Shown: positions 52,026-64,000 of the stretch, in pieces | How the letters are laid out: every line of letters begins with the position of its first letter | Numbering within the stretch: the first letter of the stretch is position 1 | Assembly (NCBI GenBank): GCA_024679065.1 | Contig: JAGIQG010000023.1 | Coordinates: 2,914,001-2,978,000, forward strand | DNA: 64,000 nt | Direction of reading: 5' to 3' | From: Sphyrna mokarran | Lineage: Eukaryota | Made by a program: the position numbers and the translations under genes | The notes under the pieces: generated by a model | Databases searched by the model: none | The model's input: only the letters and a program-made list of their open reading frames with translations | What the model was told of the DNA's origin: nothing

Positions 52026-53840
52026 ACATAGTTTTTGAAAAAAACATCCTTTAATGTTTCAAGTCTGAAACTAGCCCGGATGCTCTGCACATTAATAGTG
52101 ATGCCCTTTTCAGATCAGACTACGCCAAGTTTCTTAAGATTCTTCTTCAAAACTCTGGTGAATAGAATTTTGTGTTGGCACTTCCAGTGACAAACAGCAA
52201 ATCTGAGTAATTTCTTGGGGATGTGTTCTGAGCACAAATAGGAACTGGAGACCATTTAAATGCATTTTTTAAGTCATCAAACGAGGTGATTTGCCTCACG
52301 CTGACAAAGCCTAACTAGTTTTTTCAAACATGAGATCATGAGCTTATTCACTGAGCCCCCAGTGTTTCTTGAATACGACAATGCAGCGGGCATGGAGCAA
52401 GCTCAAACAGTTGGGATATAGAGAAAAAAGTAATTTGTTAACTGAAACAATAATAGGGCGCCTGCCAGCTTTGACCTCAGGACATTAAAGTTCTTTACAG
52501 CCAATGAAATAGCCTGGAAGTAAAAACATTGTAATAATGTAGGGAACACAGCAACAACTTGCGCACAGTCAGAAAGTCAACAACTTTCCCACAGACAGCA
52601 ATGACCAAGCAATGTGTTTGAGAGATAAACATTGGCCAGAATGCCCCATTTTCCTTCCAATAATACTGTGCCGTGGGATCTTTTATATTCTCCCATAGAG
52701 TGTAGACTGGGCTTTGAGTTAATGTCTCATTTACCTTCTAACAGTGCAGCACTCCCTCAGTACTCCCACTGAATGTCAGGCTGGATTTTGTTTTCTGTCC
52801 AGCAGTGGGGTTTGAATCCATAAACACATGACTGAGAAGATGAAGTGGAACCTAACCAGGCCAATAAGATAAGCCAATGGCCTCACTCGTACATACTAAG
52901 CTACCCACTGCCAGTTTCTAGTCCATCACCAGACAGCTTGTTAGAGCTACAATTTGTGAGCCAGTACACAAAGGGTTAAACGTAACACGTCTGCCAAATA
53001 GGAACCACAGGAAGAAAGCTCCTCGGCAAAATCTCCGCTGGTCTCAGCTGCAGCAGATTGTTTGACCTCTGTTCACTGAAGCGCACAGGACAAACCATCC
53101 CTGGACAGACCAACACCTAATACATCAAAGCCAAGTGCGTGCCTCTAACAAGAGAGGAAGGTTCCTGAAGGATAGAACACAGTCATAGCCTACGTCTTTA
53201 TAACAGCTGCACGATGACAAGAACACTAAAGTGACAAAGTGGATTATTCAACCTTACCATGTGCAAATTGCATGCATATTTGTCTAAAAATCAAGTCACC
53301 ACACTTCAAGAGTTTATCATGGGATTCAGTAGACCTTGCAACATTCCAAGGTAAAGAATGGCGCAATATAAATTCAAGTACATTCTTGCCATTAGGCAGA
53401 TAGGAAGTCATCTTAAGAGATTGAAAGGAAATACAACTGAGGAATTGGCAGAGTCAGATAGTTTGAATGAGATACAGCTTGGCAGCAGCAGGACTTGGTA
53501 GAAATTCTCTTTGGAAGAAATGATGCAAGAGGGAGAGCATCAGATGTCGGAGGCACTGAGAGCCATCTGGGGCAGAAGGGACCTTACAAGATGGGCAAGT
53601 TACACCTTAACAGAACCAGGAGTAATACTCTGGCAGAGACATGTTGTTGTTGTTGGGGAGGCTTGCCAGGAGGATCGGAACCTGAGGGCTAGGTCAAATG
53701 GGGAGGTAGAGCTGCTAACAGGATGTAGAAAATTAGAAAGCGAAATTAGAAAACAGGAGAAACAAAGCAAGCATCAACCAGGCTTAAAATGTGGAATAAT
53801 ATTAAAAAGACTAAGCCAAAGGCTATCTACCTGACTACAC

Positions 53841-53946
53841 GATGTGGAGTTGCCAGCGTTGGACTGGAGTAGGCACAGTAAGTAGAATCATACTCATCTG
53901 ATGGAGCTACATTCAAATACCTGATGTTGTGAGACAACTTACTGTG
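53841..53946 (-). mobile_element. Degenerate short hairpin insertion, same family
   Basis: gatgtggagttgccagcgttggactggagtaggcacagtaag...cttactgtg, with an imperfect ~15-bp TSD tctacctgactacac / tctatctaaatacac. Confidence 0.72.
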
Positions 53947-56736
53947 TCTATCTAAATACACACATTGGCAACAAGGTAAATGATTTAAAGCCACAAGCAA
54001 AGGTAAATGGGTATGATCTAATTGTCAGTACGGAAACATGACTACATGGGAACTGAATATTCGAGGATATTTGACTTTTAGGAAGAACAGGCCAAAAGGG
54101 GAAGGAAGTGGTGCTGATAACAAGGGCTTGGATCAGTACATTCATATGGGAATATCTCAGATCGGAAGAACAAAAAGTGGAATCTGTTCAGGTGGAGCTA
54201 AGAGACAGTAAGGGGTAATAAATATTGGCAGTTGTTTATAGGCTAAACAGTCGTGACAGTGCAGGGCACGGTATTAATCAGGAGATAAGAGAAGCCTTAG
54301 TACAATAATCATGGGTGACTACAACGTGTACATAGACTGGGTAAAGCTGATGAGACTAAAGAACAGGCTCTTTTAGCATTAGAGTTACGTCACAAGAAAG
54401 AGCCAATTGGTAATCTTGTTATGAAAGAACGTTTAGGAATGAGTGACCAAATAAAACATGATTGAATTTCACATTATGTGTGATAGTGAGGTAATTCTGA
54501 TGCCAGGGTGTGACATTTGAACAAAGAAACAATTGTGAAGCGCGTGTGCGGGGGGATAAATTTGCTGAGGTAGATTGGAAAAACACATTCAGAAATATGA
54601 TAGTTTACAGCAATTGTACATTCCTTCATGATAAAAACCCAAAATGTCAGTCAAATGTGATTAAAAGATTAAAGGCTAATAAATTTGCCAGATTGAATTG
54701 TAAACTTGGGGATCAGGATCATTTTATTATACAAAGGAGAACCAAGAAACCAGCACCAGGAACCCAGGTTTAATGCCTGGCCTCAAGTCAACATCTGTGT
54801 GGACTTTGCACATCCTCCTCATGTCTGAGTGGGTTTCCTCCAGGTGCTCCGGTTTCCTCCCACAACCCAAAGATGAGAGATTTACGTTGTTTGGCCATGC
54901 TACATGAACCCTCGTGTCAGGGGATTAGCAAGGCAAATATGTGGGGTTACGGGATCAGGGCCTTGGTGGGACTGTGGTCAATGCTGACTCAATGATCCAA
55001 ATGGCCTCCATCTGCACTGTGGGCATTCAATGATTCTATGAAACCGATCAGGGGGAATAACATAAATGTAAACAAGCAAAAACACTGTAAAAACTTCTAT
55101 AGGTATGTAAAAAAGAAACATTTGGCCAAGATAAATGTGGGCCCATTACAAAGCAAAAGTCAGGAGAATTCATAATGGCAAACAGAAAAATGGCAAAGAA
55201 GCTAAATACAAGATAGCTTCCAGAATTAGAGATCTAACGGACTATGGAGAATGAGGAATTGAAGGAAATATGCATGAGCAAGAGATTGTATTAGACAAAT
55301 TAATGGGACTGAAGATTGATAAATTCACAGGACCTGACATTTTCCATCCAACAGTGCTAAAAGAGGTAACTATGGAGATAGTGGATGCACTGGTGATCAC
55401 CTTCCAATAGTCTATAGATCCTGAAATGCTTCCTGAAGATTGGAATGCGGCAAATATCACTCCACTAGTTAAAATGAGAAGGAGAGAGAAAACGGAGAAC
55501 CACAAACCTGTTGAGCATTACATCAGCAGAATAAAGATGCTGGAATCTGTTACAAAGGATGTGACAAATGGGCACTTAGATAATAATGATACGATTAGGC
55601 ACAGTCAGCATGGATTTATGAATGGAAAATTGTGTTTGATGAATTTTTCAAGGATGTTAAAATATAAGTTGATAAAAGGGGAATCAGTTAGACTAATAGA
55701 TGTGGATTTTCAGAAAGCTTTTGACAAAGTTTCCCACAGGAGATTGGTTCCCAAATTAAGGCACATGGGAAAGGAAGCAATACACTGGCATAGATTAAGA
55801 GTTGGTTAACAGGCAGAAAAAAGTAGGAGTAAACAAGCCATTATTGCATTGACAGGCTGTGACTAGTGAGCTACCACAGAGATCAGCAGTTGGGCACCAG
55901 CGCTCACAATATACATCAATGATTTGTATGTGGGGACAAAACTGAGAATCACTACAGTGCAAAAGGAGGCCACTCAATCCATCCAGACTGCACCGCCAAC
56001 AGTCCCACCCAGGTTCTACTCTGTAACCATAAGTATTTACCCTGCCAATTCCCCAGGACAATAAGGCCCAATTTAGCACAGCTGATCAACTTAACCCACT
56101 CATCTTTTGGTCATTGGAGGAAATCAGAGCACCCAGAGGAAACTGACACAGATACAGGGAGACCATTCAAATTCCACACAGTCAGTTGAGGCCAGAATTG
56201 AACCCGAGTTCCTGGTGCTCTAAGGAAGCAAAGCTAAACTTTGTACCGTGGTGCTGCTCCCTAAAATATTTTATTTCCACGTTTGCAGATGACATAAAGC
56301 TTGGTGGAAACATTTATAAGGAAGATGCAAAGTGATTTAAGGACTGACTTATCGAGGGTACAAATATGCAGATGGAATATAATGTGAATAAATGTGAAGT
56401 TATAGTCATTGGTATTAGGAACAAGTGTGTAAAGTATTTAAATGGTGTAAGGTTAGAAAGTGTAGATGTACAAAGGGATCTTGTCAATAAGTTACTGGAA
56501 GCTAACATGCAGGTGCAGCATGTATTCAGGAAAGCTAATGGTATGTTAGTCTTTATTACAAGAGGATTGGAGTAGAGCAATAGCAAAATCTTGTTTCAAT
56601 TATACGGAACCTTAGTACTGGGTACAGTAAAAGCAAAATACTGCAGATGCTAAAAAATCTGAAAAGAAAATGCTGGAAAAATATAGCAGGTCTGGCAGCA
56701 GAGAAGAGAAATAGAACTCTGATGTTCTCAGATGCT

Positions 56737-56806
56737 ACAATGCAGAGATGCCGGCGTTAGACTGGAGTAAGCACAGGAAGAAGTCTCACACCAGGTGTTG
56801 TAAGAC
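56737..56806 (-). mobile_element. Minimal hairpin insertion, same family
   Basis: gagatgccggcgttagactggagtaagcacaggaagaagtctcacaccaggtgttgtaagact, with 12-bp TSD ttctcagatgct at 56725-56736 and 56807-56818. Confidence 0.78.
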
Positions 56807-57128
56807 TTCTCAGATGCTGCCAAACCAACGTTTTCTGGCTTTATAATCTAGGGTACTGTGTGCAGTTTTGGTCCCTGAGGAAGGGTATTATTGCCATTGG
56901 GAGTGCAATAAAGATTCACCACACCGGTTCCCAGGAAGGCATGACTGTCCTACGAAGAGAGATTGGGAAAACTGGGTTTGTATTCTCTTGAATCTGAAGT
57001 TGAAAGGTTACCTCATCGAAGCCTAAAAAATATTTCGGGGGATGGATGGAGTCAATGTAGGTAAGGTGACTCCTCAATTGGGGAATCTAGAACCAGAGAG
57101 GATAATTTCAAGATAATGGGGAAGCCAC

Positions 57129-58296
57129 TTAGAACATAGAACATTACAGCACAGAACAGGCCCTTTGGCCTTCGATGTTGCGCCGACCAATATAAAAAGC
57201 AATGCCCCTCCAAACTAAACCATTCCCTTCTCTTCCATATACTTATCAACTAACCTCTTAAACGCCACCAAACTTGGCGCATCTACAACTGCTGCAGGCA
57301 GGGCATTCCACTCCCGAACCACCCTTTGGGTAAAGAACCTACCTCTGATATCCGTCCTATAACTATCACCCCTTAATTTAAAGCTGTGTCCCCTCGTGCT
57401 AGCTTTCTCCATCCTAGGAAAAAGGCTATCACTGTCCACCCTATCTAAACCTCTAATCATCTTATATGTTTCGATTAGGTCCCCTCTTAGCCGCCTCCTT
57501 TCTAACGAAAACAACCTCAAATCCCTCAGCCTCTCCTCATAAGACCTGCCCTCCATACCAGGCAACATCCTGGTAAACCTCCTCTGTACCCTCTCCAATG
57601 CCTCCACATCTTTCTTATAATGTGGGGACCAGAACTGCACACAATACTCCAAGTGCGGCCGCACTAGAGTTTTGTACAGTTGCAACATGACGTTGCGGCT
57701 CCGAAATTCAATCCCCCTACCAATAAAAGCTAAGACTCCATATGCCTTCTTAACAACCTTATCGACTTGACTGCCTACTTTCAGGGATCTATGCACATAT
57801 ACACCAAGATCCCTCTGTTCATCAACACTATTAAGAATCCTACCATTAGCCCTATACTCTACACATTTATTATTCCTGCCAAAGTGCATTACCTCACACT
57901 TTTCCACATTAAACTCCATTTGCCACCTCTCGGCCCAGCTCTGCAACTTGTCCAAGTCTCTCTGCAAACTATAACACCCCTCTTCACTATCTACCACTCC
58001 ACCGACTTTAGTGTCATCTGCAAATTTACTAATCCATCCTTCAATACCCTCATCCAGATCATTTATAAAAATTACAAACAGCAGGGGCCCCAAAACAGAC
58101 CCCTGAGGTACACCACTTGTCACCGAACTCCACGATGAATATCTCCCATCAACCACCACCCTCTGTCTTCTATCTGCTAGCCAATTCCTAACCCAATTAG
58201 CTAAATCACCCTCTATCCCATACATCTGCATTTTCTGCAGAAGTCTTCCATGGGCCACCTTATCAAACGCCTCACTAAAGTCCTTACTAAAATCCA
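57129..58296 (-). mobile_element. Young 5'-truncated CR1 LINE, same subfamily as 41071-42403
   Basis: Uninterrupted 360-aa RT fragment nearly identical to the 413-aa ORF. ccacttagaa is duplicated at 57125-57134 and 58294-58303. Confidence 0.96.
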
Positions 58297-58334
58297 CTTA
58301 GAATTATGATGAGAATGTTTTTCAACAACTCATT

Positions 58335-58883
58335 AGTCTTCATTTGGAAAAATGTGTAAAATTTTGGTCACCATACTATCAAAAGGACGTGGGTGCTTTT
58401 GAAAGAGTACAAAAGAGGTTTACCAGTGTGTTGCCTGGTCTAGAGGGTATTAGCTATGAGGAGAGGTTGGATAACTCAGTTTGTTCTCACTTGAATGACA
58501 GAGGTTAAATGGTGACCTGATAAAGGTTTACAAAATTATGAGTGGCATGGAAAGAGTGGATAGCCAGATGCTCTGTCCTAGGGTAGAAAAGTCAAGTACT
58601 AGGGGACATAGGTTTAAGGTGCATGGGGAAAAGTTTAGAGGAGATGCGCAAGGCAAGCTTTTTTCTTACACAGAGGGTGGTGAATGTCTGGCACACACTG
58701 TCCAGGGAGTGATGGGAGAAGGTATAATAGCGGCATTTAAGGCGCATCTAGACAAATATAAAAATAGAATGGGAATGGAAGGATACGGACAAAGCAAGTG
58801 CATACAGTTTTAGTTTAGACAGGCATCATGACCGACATAGGCTTGGAGGGCCGAAGAGCCTGTTCCTGTACTGTAGTGTTCTT
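58335..58883 (+). mobile_element. CR1 3' fragment nested in the older CR1
   Basis: ERVDSQ..PRVE.S.TRGHRFKV.G plus tail ggagggccgaagagcctgttcctgtactgtagtgttctt. Confidence 0.85.
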
Positions 58884-59403
58884 TGTGGTTTGTGAATCTT
58901 TGGAATTCTCTGCTCCAGAGGGGTTTTGAAGCTCAGTCATTAAGTATGTTTACAGCAGAGATCGACAAGTTTCTAAATACTAGTGACAAAGGGATTTGGA
59001 TAGACATCATAATACAAATTTTTCTTCATTTCAGCAAAAGCTATCAGTCCTCCCATCCTAGTATGTATTAGCAAATTAGTTTAGGAAGCATGATGAGGCC
59101 ATTAGAGGGCAGAGAAGCTATTTACCAAGACCATTCATCAAGAATAAGACACTTTCAATAGGAAGAGATGGGAAAACTTAGCTTCTTTCCATTGTAACAG
59201 ATCTGGTGGGGATGTTCGAAATTGAGAAATCTGATGAAAATTTTAAACTGATTAACAAGCTAGTAAATAGTGGTCATCAATTTATCGCAATACAGAAGGA
59301 GTGTTTGGGTGATTTTTTAAAAGAAATCCCCTTTTAAATACATAAATGACTTTGGAAATCACAATAGCTTGTAAAAGTCATGCAGATAAATATTAGAAAC
59401 AAA

Positions 59404-59506
59404 TATAAAAAGAGAAAATGCTGGAAAATCTTAGCAGGTCTGACAGCATCTGTGGAGAGAGAATAGAGCCAATGTTTTGCGTCTGGATGACCCTTCGTCA
59501 GAGCTC
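59404..59506 (-). mobile_element. Penelope-like terminal fragment of a second family with hammerhead-like remnant (related pieces ~15520-15615, 36700-36752 plus 37286-37360, 56625-56845)
   Basis: The minus strand reads ctgacga-a-gggtc-atcca-gacgc-aaaac..tctctccacagatgctgtcagacctgct.ag.tttccagcattttc. tagaaacaaa is duplicated at 59394 and 59510. Confidence 0.6.
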
Positions 59507-60585
59507 AAATAGAAACAAAGTCTGGGGAAAGACAGAGAAAATTAGATTAATTGAATAGCTCTTTCAGTGATCAGCACAGGCACAACAGGCCAAATGGCCT
59601 CCTTCTGCACTGTAAAGTTCTACAATACTATTTGAAGAGATTTGGATTGTGAGGGCATTACTTCTAAAGCAGGTTTGTAGAAGGTGATGATCATTGGCAC
59701 AGGGATTAGGATTGCACAGAGGGTAGTTTCCCAGCAGGGGATATTGGACAGGATTGATACAGAGACAGGTAAGGAATGTGCATTATCTTTAAATAAGCTT
59801 ATAAATTTAAGTATGTCATTCACGTACAGCAGTAAAAGCAAAATGGCAATCATCTTTGGGATCAGATACTGACCTCAACCACTTCCATAGATAAATGTGA
59901 AAGATTCCACATCATTATTCCAAAAATAGGAGTGTTTGAGTGCTCACCGATATTAATAATGAAACAAATATCACTAAAAGCAGATCATTTGGTGAACTGT
60001 TTGCTGTGTGTAAATTGTCTGCTACAATGCAATAGTGACTAATACTAAGTATTTCATTGGCTGCAAAGTGCTTTGTGACATTCCTCGATTGTGCTAGAGA
60101 AATGCAAGATTTCCCTTTCCCAGCTAGGGTGAGGCAAAACGGAGCATGGGAAGATGCGCAACATGACAAAATGGTAACAAGAGGGAGAACAAGGGAGACC
60201 CCTCATGAATGGCTGACTTACACAGGTTCTATTTATCAGGTTAATATTTCCCCAGAGGGCGGATGTATTTATTCTTTTTAATTTGATATCAACAGAAAAG
60301 TAGCATAACAGGTTTTAAATTTCGAAAGCGTTTCATGGCGTTGTAATGAATCTCAGCTGGGATTGGATGGACGCCAAAGTCAATTCTAGAAATGCACTTA
60401 CAGATGTATTTCCTTCTCAATCTCTAGTTGCAGTATAAAAAAAACAGGAACCTGCAGAAACAGATCTAAGGTGGCACCCTTTCATTACAAATGTAATGAA
60501 AGATCTTACATTTACACAGGACCATTTACAATCTCAGGATATTGCAAAGGACTTCTGAAGTGCAGTCTCTTATCTGTTCATGAGA

Positions 60586-61368
60586 TAGAAACATAGAACA
60601 ATACAGCACAGTACAGGCCCTTCGACCCTCAATGTTGTGCTGAGCTATGTCCAAACTCAAGATCAAGTTATCTCACTCCCTATCATTCTGGAGTGCTCCA
60701 CATGCCTATCCAATAACTGCTTGGAAGCTCCTAAAGTGTCCAACTCCACTATCAGAGCAGGCAGTGCATTCCACACCCCAAAGAATCTACCCCGGACTTC
60801 CCTCCCATATCGCCCATCATGAACCTTAAAATTATGCCCCCTATTAACACCTACATCCACCCGAGGAAATAGTTACTAATGTCCACTCTATCTATCCCCC
60901 TCGTCATCTTATAAACTTCTATTAAGTCGCCTCTCATCTTCCTCCGCTCTAAAGAGAAAAGCCCCAGTTCCCTCAACCTTTCCACATAAAACCTACCCTC
61001 CAAACCAGACAGTATCCTGGTAAATCTCCTCTGCACTCTCTCCAATGCTTCCACATCTTATAGTGAAGTGACCAGAACTGAACATAATATTCCAAAATGT
61101 GGTCTCACCAAGTACAGTTGCAAGATAACCCCACGGCTCTTAAACTCAAACCCCTTGTTAATAAACGCTAATGCACTATAAGTGCCTTCTTCACGGCTCT
61201 ATCCATTCGAGTGGCAACCTTCAGAGATCTGTGGATATGGACCTCAAGATCTCTATTTCTCCACATTCCTCAGAACCCTGCTATCAGCATTTAAGTTTGT
61301 TCTACCAAAATGAATCACCTCGTACTTACCAAGCTTAAGCTCCATCTGCCACTTTTCTGCCCATCTCT
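60586..61368 (-). mobile_element. CR1 3' portion
   Basis: EALERVQRRFTRILSGLEG..LFSLERRKMRGDLIEVYK, tail tagaacaatacagcacagtacaggcccttcg. Confidence 0.9.
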
Positions 61369-64000
61369 ATCACTGTCTAGGTCTGCACTTACTCCCATCC
61401 CTGACTGCCGATGTGGTGATGGTAAGTCAGCTTCACAAATAGATTGCAGCCATGTGGTGTAGGTACACCTACAGTGCTGTTAGGAAGGGAGTTCCAGAAT
61501 TTTGGCCCAACCACAGTGAAGGAACACCAACATCATTCTAAGCCAGGAGTGTATAATTTGGTGGGGAACTTGCAGATGGTGGTATTCTCATGTTGCCCTT
61601 GTACTCCTGGGAAGTTGAATCTGTGGATTTAGAAGGTGCTGTCAAAGAAAGTGAGTTGCTGCCTCAAAAAACATCTTTTATTGCTTTCAACACTGATTTG
61701 ATCTCCCCTCAATCATCTAAATTCAAGAAAATCTTATGCAATAATAGCCCAATGTAACCCTTTAAGGCCTGGCATAATCGTCCTGACACTGTCCCACACT
61801 GCCTGCAACTAAATGAGAACTCAATGTAATTAAACAGAATAGAACTGAATGCATTTTCACCAAGAATTTCTGTAACTGATTTGACAACTCATCAGTGAAA
61901 CGGTATATGCACCACTGAGTCACTACTAAACTACAGCTCATAATGCAGACTGATTCTCCATTACAGAACTGTGGAAGCACTGCACAAAGGGGCTGTCTTC
62001 TGGATGAAGTATTAAAACAAAGCTTGACTGACGGCTAGGATGTACGCACGTAGAAGATATTAGAGCGCTATTTGATGGAGCAGAGACTAACCAATGTCCT
62101 GGTTATCATCCCACAGAAGACCATTGCATGTGCGAACAGGATTCTCAAGATCACCTGACATAACCAACATGAAAAGATTTTTCAAGAGCTGCAATTCGCT
62201 CTATGGGTTTCAAAGAGAGTTAGCATGGGAGGAGGGTTGGCGGAAGAAGTCTTTAAAGAGTGTAACAAGGTACTTGACAGAACAGAGAAAGCAAATGCAG
62301 TACAATTATTTTCAGCTATGCCAGAAGAACATAGGTTAATGATTGCAAATGAAAAACAAAGATTTCTAAAGTGAGAGCATGAGTGTGAGCAAACACGATC
62401 AACAGTTAACAGGTTGGCAGGGAGGTTTGCTGAGGCCAGGATTCTGAACTCATTTAAGAAATCAGCAGGATGGCATTAGGAAGGAGGCAGGGAATTCTGA
62501 AAGAATGAGGTCAAATGAAGCACAATTGGAAATATTGAATCCTACAATTTTCAATTACTCATCTTCTAACAAACGACTGAAAATAAACAAAGGATAGTTA
62601 GAATTTAAAAAACACACTGACTCACAATTGCACCAACTGAATTCAGTCCTCTGCGCCATTTCTGAGTCAGTTAGTCACCAAAAGCTAATCTTGTTTCTTC
62701 CTGTCCAATGTCTCCACTCCATGTGGATAGAAATTCTGATCTTTCACTACCCTCAGGCATTGTAATTCAGTGTCCATGCTGTGCCAGTATTCAGCAACCG
62801 TGCCAATTTCTTAAACCAACATCTTACATCCTCCAAACTAGCCAATACTGCAGTATAAACAGGTTACTCAATTAAACCATCTGCAATCAATATTTAACGG
62901 AATATTGATCACAACCTCCGTTATAATTGACAAAAATCAATTGCAATAACAGGCAGAGAGGACCAATCTCTCACACCTATTACTCTTCAATTACAGCTTG
63001 TCCCAATACACTGAGCACATTAGCCCAAAGCATCTCCACATACATTTCCCTCCCACTTTTGCCATCAGGTTATAAAGTGCTGAGAAGGCAGATGGTTGGT
63101 GCACATACTATCAGCAGTAGTTAACCAAACAGGTACAAGAGCCCACAAGACAACAGGCAATTTACAGCAAGTGTGAAACAGACATTTACTGGATGAGGAG
63201 CATCACTCTCAATATATCAACGACAAACCTCTGGAATTAAGTTACATAAATGAATATGAATAAACTTCAAGATCCCTGCTGATTTAGTACTCTATCCAGT
63301 CAGAAAGTAGTGCTGGTTAGGTGCATTGGCCATGCTAAATTCTCTTTCAGTTTTCCTCAACAGGCACTGGACTGTGGCAGCTAGGAGATTTTCACAGTAA
63401 CTTCATTGCAATGTTAAAGTCAAAGTAGGCTTACATTAGTCAACTTTTAAAAAAGGACTTTAAATTTTATCTTACTTGCACATACTTTGAGTTTCCGATA
63501 CAACTAAAAACATAAATATCCAAACTAGGTCATATTTAGGCTTTGCTGCTACCTAACTTCCATCCACCCATAACTAATTCCTTGTCATGTTATCCAAGAC
63601 CAATAACTGAATCTAGAAAAATCCCCTTTCTCAGTACGACAGAACACCCAGAGGAATGATAAATCTATTTAATAACAAGGCCCCTGAACCCAACGCTGCC
63701 TAGAATGTGAGAAATTTGAGATTGAACCAGGGACTCAGTCATAGAACCATAGAATTTTACAGCATGGAAACAGGCCCTCCAACTCAACTTGCCCATGCCG
63801 TCCTTTTGTTTTAAAGAATGACTAAGCTAGTCCCAATTGCCCGTGTTTGCGCAGAACTCGGATGTGGTTGCAGTGACAGCAGCTGAATATTCCAAGGTAT
63901 AAGTGTTTTAGGCACGACAGAGAAAGGGCTAGAAGAAGTGGGGGAGTAGCAATATTGGTTAGGGAGCATATTACAGTGGTACAGAGGGTGGATAATTTAG

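Larger units (their letters stand above)
53800..59000 (+). mobile_element. Old long CR1 ORF2 (APE through RT to 3' end) fragmented by at least six nested insertions
   Basis: Collinear degenerate pieces: APE (54000-54500), LPEDWNAANITP, SQHGFM, DFQKAFDKV, MEYNVNKCEV, and a 3' end near 58890-58990. Confidence 0.8.

Noticed and set aside
53250-53290. ATG CAA TTT GCA CAT G|gtaagg on the minus strand, another phase-1 mini first exon
   Set aside because: It lies within a decayed Deu-type SINE tail and has only five codons. It also shows that such matches can arise by chance.

Overview
This is eukaryotic, intron-rich DNA, most likely from a cartilaginous fish (shark-type HE1/V-SINE, Deu-type SINE and CR1 repeat landscape). 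The only host gene is on the minus strand. Seven coding exons with canonical AG/GT boundaries and matching phases (25354-25470, 22608-22727, 17559-17765, 16944-17079, 15990-16069, 1523-1580, 645-757) splice into one frame encoding the guanylate-kinase-like region and both WW domains of MAGI3 (exons ~2-8). Everything above 25471 is an intron of more than 38 kb (intron 1). The rest is mostly nested retroelements: CR1 LINEs of several ages, a second CR1/L2-group LINE and its partner SINE, Rex1/Babar, RTE, V-SINEs with two different tails, Deu-type SINEs and Penelope-like fragments. Almost all ORFs in the supplied track are repeat-derived or spurious. The most notable observations are: (1) a family of short hairpin insertions with a fixed end and 12-15 bp target-site duplications, including a perfect 56-bp-arm palindrome, with hammerhead-like remnants; (2) a candidate unannotated alternative first exon at ~33024-33075 that would splice in-frame to exon 2 and give a PDZ0-less MAGI3; (3) a possible recursive-splicing motif at the start of exon 4; (4) closely spaced inverted young CR1 copies. 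Repeat boundaries were read by eye and are approximate, and family names come from recalled motifs rather than a database search.
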